Position numbers and translations under genes: made by a program
Shown here: piece by piece, positions 59,646 through 61,315 of the stretch
Numbering within the stretch: position 1 is the stretch's first letter
Layout: each line of letters starts with the position of its first letter
The notes under the pieces: model-generated
The model's database searches: none
Seen by the model: the letters and a program-made list of their open reading frames with translations, nothing else
What the model was told of the DNA's origin: nothing
Source: a bacterium
Lineage (GTDB): Bacteria > JAJRZV01
Direction of reading: 5' to 3'
Length of the DNA stretch: 61,315 nt
Assembly (NCBI GenBank): GCA_024275095.1
Contig: JAJRZV010000072.1
Span: forward strand, 1 to 61,315

Positions 59646-60396
59646 CATAGGCAATACCAATATCGTCCTGGGCATTTTTCGTGAACAGGAGCTGGTAAAA
59701 AGATGGAGAGTAGCTACGGAAGAAAACAAAACCGCCGATGAATACAGGGTGATACTCACAAATTTATTCGAAATGGACGGAGTGGAACTTTCTTTAATCA
59801 AGGGTGGCATTATATCCAGTGTTGTTCCCCCTCTTACTCACGTATTTACAGAGCTGGTTAAAGGTTACATAGAAAAAAGACCTCTTATCGTGGGGCCGGG
59901 TCTGAAAACCGGAATATCCATTCTTTACGATAACCCCCGGGAGGTTGGCGCCGACCGCATAGCCAATGCGGTGGGTGCGTACCAGAAATTCCGTTCTGCG
60001 TGCATTGTGGTGGATTTTGGCACAGCAACAACCTTCGATTACATTTCGGAAAAGGCAGAGTACGTGGGTGGATTGATTGTACCTGGCGTGGAGATCAGTG
60101 CCGAAGCTCTTTTTGCACATACGGCTAAACTACCGAAAGTGGAAATTGCCGATCCCTCTGCTGTGGTGGGGCGCAACACGCTCGAGAGCATTCAATCCGG
60201 ACTGATCAACGGATACAAGGCACTGGTGGAAGGAATTGTGCAACGCATTAAAGAAGAACAGAATTCCCGGGCCAGGGTCATAGCCACAGGGGGATTGGCA
60301 CCACTCATTACAAGAGATCTTCAATGCATAGATGTTATAGATGAAAACCTCACCCTCTGGGGTTTATACTTTATCTACCAAATGAACAGAAGGTGA
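59629..60396 (+). CDS. coaX: type III pantothenate kinase
   Basis: IDIGNTN, GADR, VDFGTATT, ATGG. Confidence 0.96.
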   Translation: MILTIDIGNTNIVLGIFREQELVKRWRVATEENKTADEYRVILTNLFEMDGVELSLIKGGIISSVVPPLTHVFTELVKGYIEKRPLIVGPGLKTGISILYDNPREVGADRIANAVGAYQKFRSACIVVDFGTATTFDYISEKAEYVGGLIVPGVEISAEALFAHTAKLPKVEIADPSAVVGRNTLESIQSGLINGYKALVEGIVQRIKEEQNSRARVIATGGLAPLITRDLQCIDVIDENLTLWGLYFIYQMNRR

Positions 60397-60401
60397 GAAA
60401 A

Positions 60402-61315
60402 ATGGATGATAAGAAGAAAAAAATAACAGAAGAACTTTTAGATGATGATTTTTTTGGTCCTCCTGAAGAAGAGGAGGAGGTCGGAACATCCGAAAAAGCT
60501 GAGACAGAGGAGGATATTGAATCAGCGATAGAAATAGAAGAGAGCGCACCAGCCAAACCTTCGACACCTGAGGAAAAAGACAAATCCGGGATTTCAATAG
60601 ATGAATTTGATGACTTCTTTGCCTCTCCAGAGGAAGAGGCTGCTTCTGGCAAAATACCGGAAACCGTTTCGGTTGAGGACCTCTCACTTCTCGAATCTGA
60701 AATGCTCAAAGAGGAAGGCGCTGCCCCTTCGGATAAAAGGGCTCCAGCAGAAAAAGAAGTGAGGGTTGAACCCCCACCTCCTATTAAGCCCCAAGCTGCA
60801 AAAGAGACTTCATCGGCTCAGGATCTGGGTGAGATAGACTTTCTATCAGCCAAGCAACAACAAAAAGTTGAACCACAAATTGTTGAAGTAAAGGTTACCA
60901 ATGTAGGGGCAGTGCTGGGAGCGCTCGTGGGAGGCATTATTATCGGGGGCGGTCTTGTTTATGCACTTACGTTTCTTAATATTCTTCCTGTAGTGTCTAT
61001 CTCGAAAAAATCACCTGCTGTAGCCCCGGCAATTCCACAGCGAACAACTCCCAAACCGCCCGCACCCTCTAAACCTGTACCTGTCAAGCCAGCGGAAAAA
61101 AAGACTCAACCGGTTAAAGAAAAGGCTGTAACGCCTCCACCTGCTCCCACACCACCAAAGCCGGCACCAGTGCCTCAGAAAACGGCAAAGGCAGAAATGC
61201 CCCAACCACAGGCCTCTCCACCACCTCAGGTTGAGAAAAAACCTGCTCTTCCACAACCCAAGCCGCAAAAGGTGGCCTCTGCACCAGCACCGAAACCCCG
61301 ACCTGCATCTCCCCC
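60402..61315 (+). CDS. bitopic membrane protein with acidic N-terminus, single TM and Pro-rich linker (partial; runs off the window)
   Basis: Open frame MDDKKKK...; TM VGAVLGALVGGIIIGGGLVYALTFL; Pro/Lys/Ala-rich C-terminal region. Confidence 0.75.
   Translation, partial: MDDKKKKITEELLDDDFFGPPEEEEEVGTSEKAETEEDIESAIEIEESAPAKPSTPEEKDKSGISIDEFDDFFASPEEEAASGKIPETVSVEDLSLLESEMLKEEGAAPSDKRAPAEKEVRVEPPPPIKPQAAKETSSAQDLGEIDFLSAKQQQKVEPQIVEVKVTNVGAVLGALVGGIIIGGGLVYALTFLNILPVVSISKKSPAVAPAIPQRTTPKPPAPSKPVPVKPAEKKTQPVKEKAVTPPPAPTPPKPAPVPQKTAKAEMPQPQASPPPQVEKKPALPQPKPQKVASAPAPKPRPASP

Noticed and set aside
1-61315. Genome-wide reassignment of TAA to Glu
   Set aside because: Many conserved genes (rpsO, truB, fabZ, fabG, fabF, hemE, hemY) end at TAA at their expected C-termini.
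1-61315. CRISPR array, prophage, rRNA or defence island
   Set aside because: No regularly spaced repeats, cas genes, integrase, phage genes or rRNA signatures were seen.

Overview
A mostly core-genome window from a Gram-negative bacterium. The romR-valS pairing, a MXAN_2562-like barrel and the lipid A gene layout suggest a deltaproteobacterial (Desulfobacterota/Myxococcota-like) lineage; this is inferred. Housekeeping blocks: leuB-asd-truA, nusA-ylxR-infB-rbfA-truB-rpsO-pnp, rnpB, folE, a skp-lpx-msbA-plsX-fab superoperon, hemE-hemH-hemY, and romR-valS-nadC-birA-coaX. A decayed accessory patch (12.4-17 kb) surrounds tRNA-Arg(ACG). The most interesting items are: (1) an apparent secreted polyprotein (FN3 domain, CFI-box-CTERM-like anchor, internal signal peptide, outer-membrane barrel) between asd and truA, followed by two paralogous unknown TPR lipoproteins; (2) a four-gene lipid module built around a Tam41-like cytidylyltransferase and a DAG/ceramide-kinase-family enzyme; (3) an RNase P RNA lacking P18 and carrying an extended P8; (4) an HUH/Y1 transposase bounded by 32-bp terminal inverted repeats, with an identical solo repeat truncating a gene 16 kb away; (5) single in-frame TAA codons at probable Glu positions in valS and rbfA; (6) an apparent strand-skew switch near 49 kb with a dif-like 11-6-11 site. 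All family assignments come from motif recognition by eye; no searches were run.
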